The notes under the pieces are model-generated. The model was given only the letters and a program-made list of their open reading frames with translations. It ran no database searches and was not told the origin of the DNA. Positions 61,540-64,000 of a DNA stretch of 64,000 nt are shown in pieces. Source of the stretch: Squalus acanthias (Eukaryota); NCBI GenBank assembly GCA_030390025.1, contig CM059432.1:126730001-126794000 (forward strand), read 5' to 3'. Numbering within the stretch: the first letter of the stretch is position 1; each line of letters starts with the position of its first letter. The position numbers and the translations under genes were made by a program.

Positions 61540-62220
61540 TCCCATCAAGAAGATGGAATACTCCAGTCCAGAGATGTTCCATGGCACACTGATCAACTTC
61601 CCAGGAGAAACAGTGGAGCATTTTGGACATGCTTTCAGGATCCTTGAAGAGTACATATCAAATGGTTCTCCACGTTCTTTTCCTCCCACTACTCCAAATA
61701 ATTTTCAACGGCCAATACAAATTTCACATATTTGCTAATGAATGGAAAGGTTACTTCCAGGTCATAAAAATATGCATACATATTTTTAAAATGTAGCAAG
61801 TGTGCACAGCTTTTATGTTAGACTGCCATAAATTTTACCAGGCTTGATAAAACAGTTTTGTATCAACAGAATAAGCCCCTTCCTTGGCCAGATCAACAGT
61901 TAAACATAGAAGAGTGTGTCAAAGTTGACAACTTCATTCAAAGACTATACCACCGTAAGATGATAAATTACCCAAAATACATTAGAATGAATGCTCTGAA
62001 AGTTGCATCGTTTAAAGAGTACCTGTTTGATAAGGAAAGACTTTGGCCAAACTATTATCTGGTGAAAGAGAGAGAATTGCACCATGTAGATACCAGTGCC
62101 TGCTTAATTTATTACTCCAGCTTTTGTTCAAGGATCAAAATGCTGGAGCAGGGGTTTACCAAACTGCGACCCATAGCCTACATAATCCCCAAGCCCAGAC
62201 AATCCTGCCCTCGAAACTGA
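61540..62220 (+). mobile_element. Very old RTE-like RT remnant
   Basis: ORF 61858..62220 (VKVDNF...IRMNALKVASF...KERLW) weakly parallels the RTE C-terminus at 15677..16414. Confidence 0.4.
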
Positions 62221-63957
62221 AGCAACTCAATCTATTTTCAATTATTTCTTGTTTGCAATTTTTTATTTTAATTTTGTGGGCCTGGGGGTTTAGAAAGGCC
62301 TGTTCTTAGTACTGGTGCCTCATCTCAAATCATAATGTCAAGGTCTGTCAGCATCAATAACTTGAAATATATGTAGATTAATAGAAACATGGTTTTAACT
62401 TCCGATGTGACCCTTTAGCCTCCATGGCTATAAGACCCACGGAGCTAAAACACTCGGGGACACCCCTATGTTGAGTAAAGGAAGAATTACATTAACATTT
62501 TATTAGGATACATTTCTAAAATTTATTTCAGTATGAACAGAAGCAAAGCTGTCTTGCTACAAACTATAAAGTTTTTGTACGATATTATCTTTACCCCTTT
62601 TTAAGCTAAATCAATGTAAGTGGACAATGGAAGTATAAGTGGCCAGCAATATCTGGGAGTTGAACACCCAGTCGCCTTTCAACAAATTATAAACTCTTTG
62701 AAGAGCAATCAGACAGGTGCCAGAAAATTAGAGCTTACCATTTTTTTTTTTAAATAGTGAATGGCTGAGCCATCGAAAATAAACTTGGGTTTTATGGGAA
62801 GCGAGCCAAATGCGCTCAGTCAGGGCGCAAAGAACTACTCATCCAGGGCTAATCGGACTATGCTGCATTAAAGCATTAATGGGGCATGCAAGATGTGAAC
62901 CACTGTTCATCAGGTGGATTAATGTTCAAAATATTCCATGGTGTTTGACTTGGTTTTATTGACTGTGCCGAGGCCTCAGTCTGGGATATATTCGGCAGGC
63001 TGTTGGCTTTTTTAAAAAAAAAAATCAGTTTCTGTTGTATGCAAGACAATACTGGGTTCAGTGGGGAAAGCTGCAACATTTGCCTTTCTAATGTAAACAT
63101 CTGTCTAGATGTCTTGCAGTTTATTGGATTTTTAAACACAGTATAGACAAAATACTTTCAAACCCTTGTGGACTGATCCAGATCTTTGTTTTGACTGTTA
63201 TTCGTACTACTAGTTTCTAACTTTTTAAAGCTTCTCTGAAATCCTAATTACTACAATAAATTCAACATAGATGTAGCTTGTATTAAACTGTCGGGTTGAC
63301 TTTTTTCACTTATCGAAGAGAAGAGTTACATGGTGGGCAACTTATGTGACTTCCAATGAAAAGTACATTGGTAAAAGGGCAATTGTTGATTCTGAGCCAT
63401 ACCGTCCCCATTCACAGCATGTCTAAAGATCCTAATTGTTAGATCATAGGGATGTGGGTCTGATTATGTAAAAGGCAATTTGCTTTGAGCGAGTGAGTGG
63501 GGACAAAGCCTCAATTGCATCATTACTATTAATGTTCCAACTATGACTTGCGGAGATCAGAATAAGAGAGAAATTCGAGCCTCATCTGATCCCTCTAGCA
63601 GAAGTCATATTCACCAGAATTGATGATAAATCCAAGTCATGAATTTGATGTCACAAGACGCCACAAGTGCAGTAGGGTAAGAGCGTCATACTAAGTTCAG
63701 CTCCAAATTAGGAGTAACATGCGAGTCTTGTCCATATCTTCAATCATCCAGATATTAAAACAGCTTGTTCCCATTGAGCCACCAACCTATGGGAGCACAG
63801 AATTTGAAAGTCCCAAAAGCAGTCATTTTTAAATTAAAAACCCAGTTCTGGCAACAAACTTCCATGTTCTCAGGTGAAAAGGTTTCTGAATAACGATCAA
63901 TATCCCAGAATAAGGCTTGAATAGATTGTCTCATTGTCAGTTCCAGGCCGAAAGTCA

Positions 63958-64000
63958 GTTGTGGCTCAGTTGGTAGCACACTCGCCTCAATCAGAAGGTT
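63958..64000 (+). mobile_element. SINE tRNA-like head, runs off the window edge
   Basis: gtggctcagttggtagcacactcgcctc...tcagaaggtt, like the head at 59536. Confidence 0.65.

Overview
Eukaryotic (vertebrate) genomic DNA. The repeat set (DeuSINE/SacSINE1-like SINEs, CR1, L2, RTE and Penelope elements) points to a cartilaginous fish, which is an inference. The whole window lies inside one minus-strand gene, UBR5 (EDD1/HYD, HECT E3 ubiquitin ligase). I traced 35 consecutive coding exons from 61300 down to 974, totalling 5123 nt (about 1707 codons), with reading phase consistent across every junction. They cover the UBR-box, the helical scaffold, the MLLE/PABC domain and the first part of the HECT domain; both ends of the gene lie outside the window. 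Introns are filled with decayed and often nested retroelements: a near full-length CR1 inside an L2, an RTE with an 11-bp TSD, Penelope fragments with TSDs and minimal hammerhead ribozyme motifs, and SINEs. They also hold several non-coding, hairpin-rich MITE-like elements. I found no clearly new protein-coding system. The best leads are the hammerhead-bearing Penelope repeats, a 750-bp TIR element built from serial hairpins, inverted CR1 copies bracketing two exons (circRNA candidate), a GC-AG intron, tandem NAGNAG acceptors and a possible 30-nt poison exon. Exon boundaries were read by eye; repeat boundaries without a TSD are approximate, and comparisons with human UBR5 are from memory.
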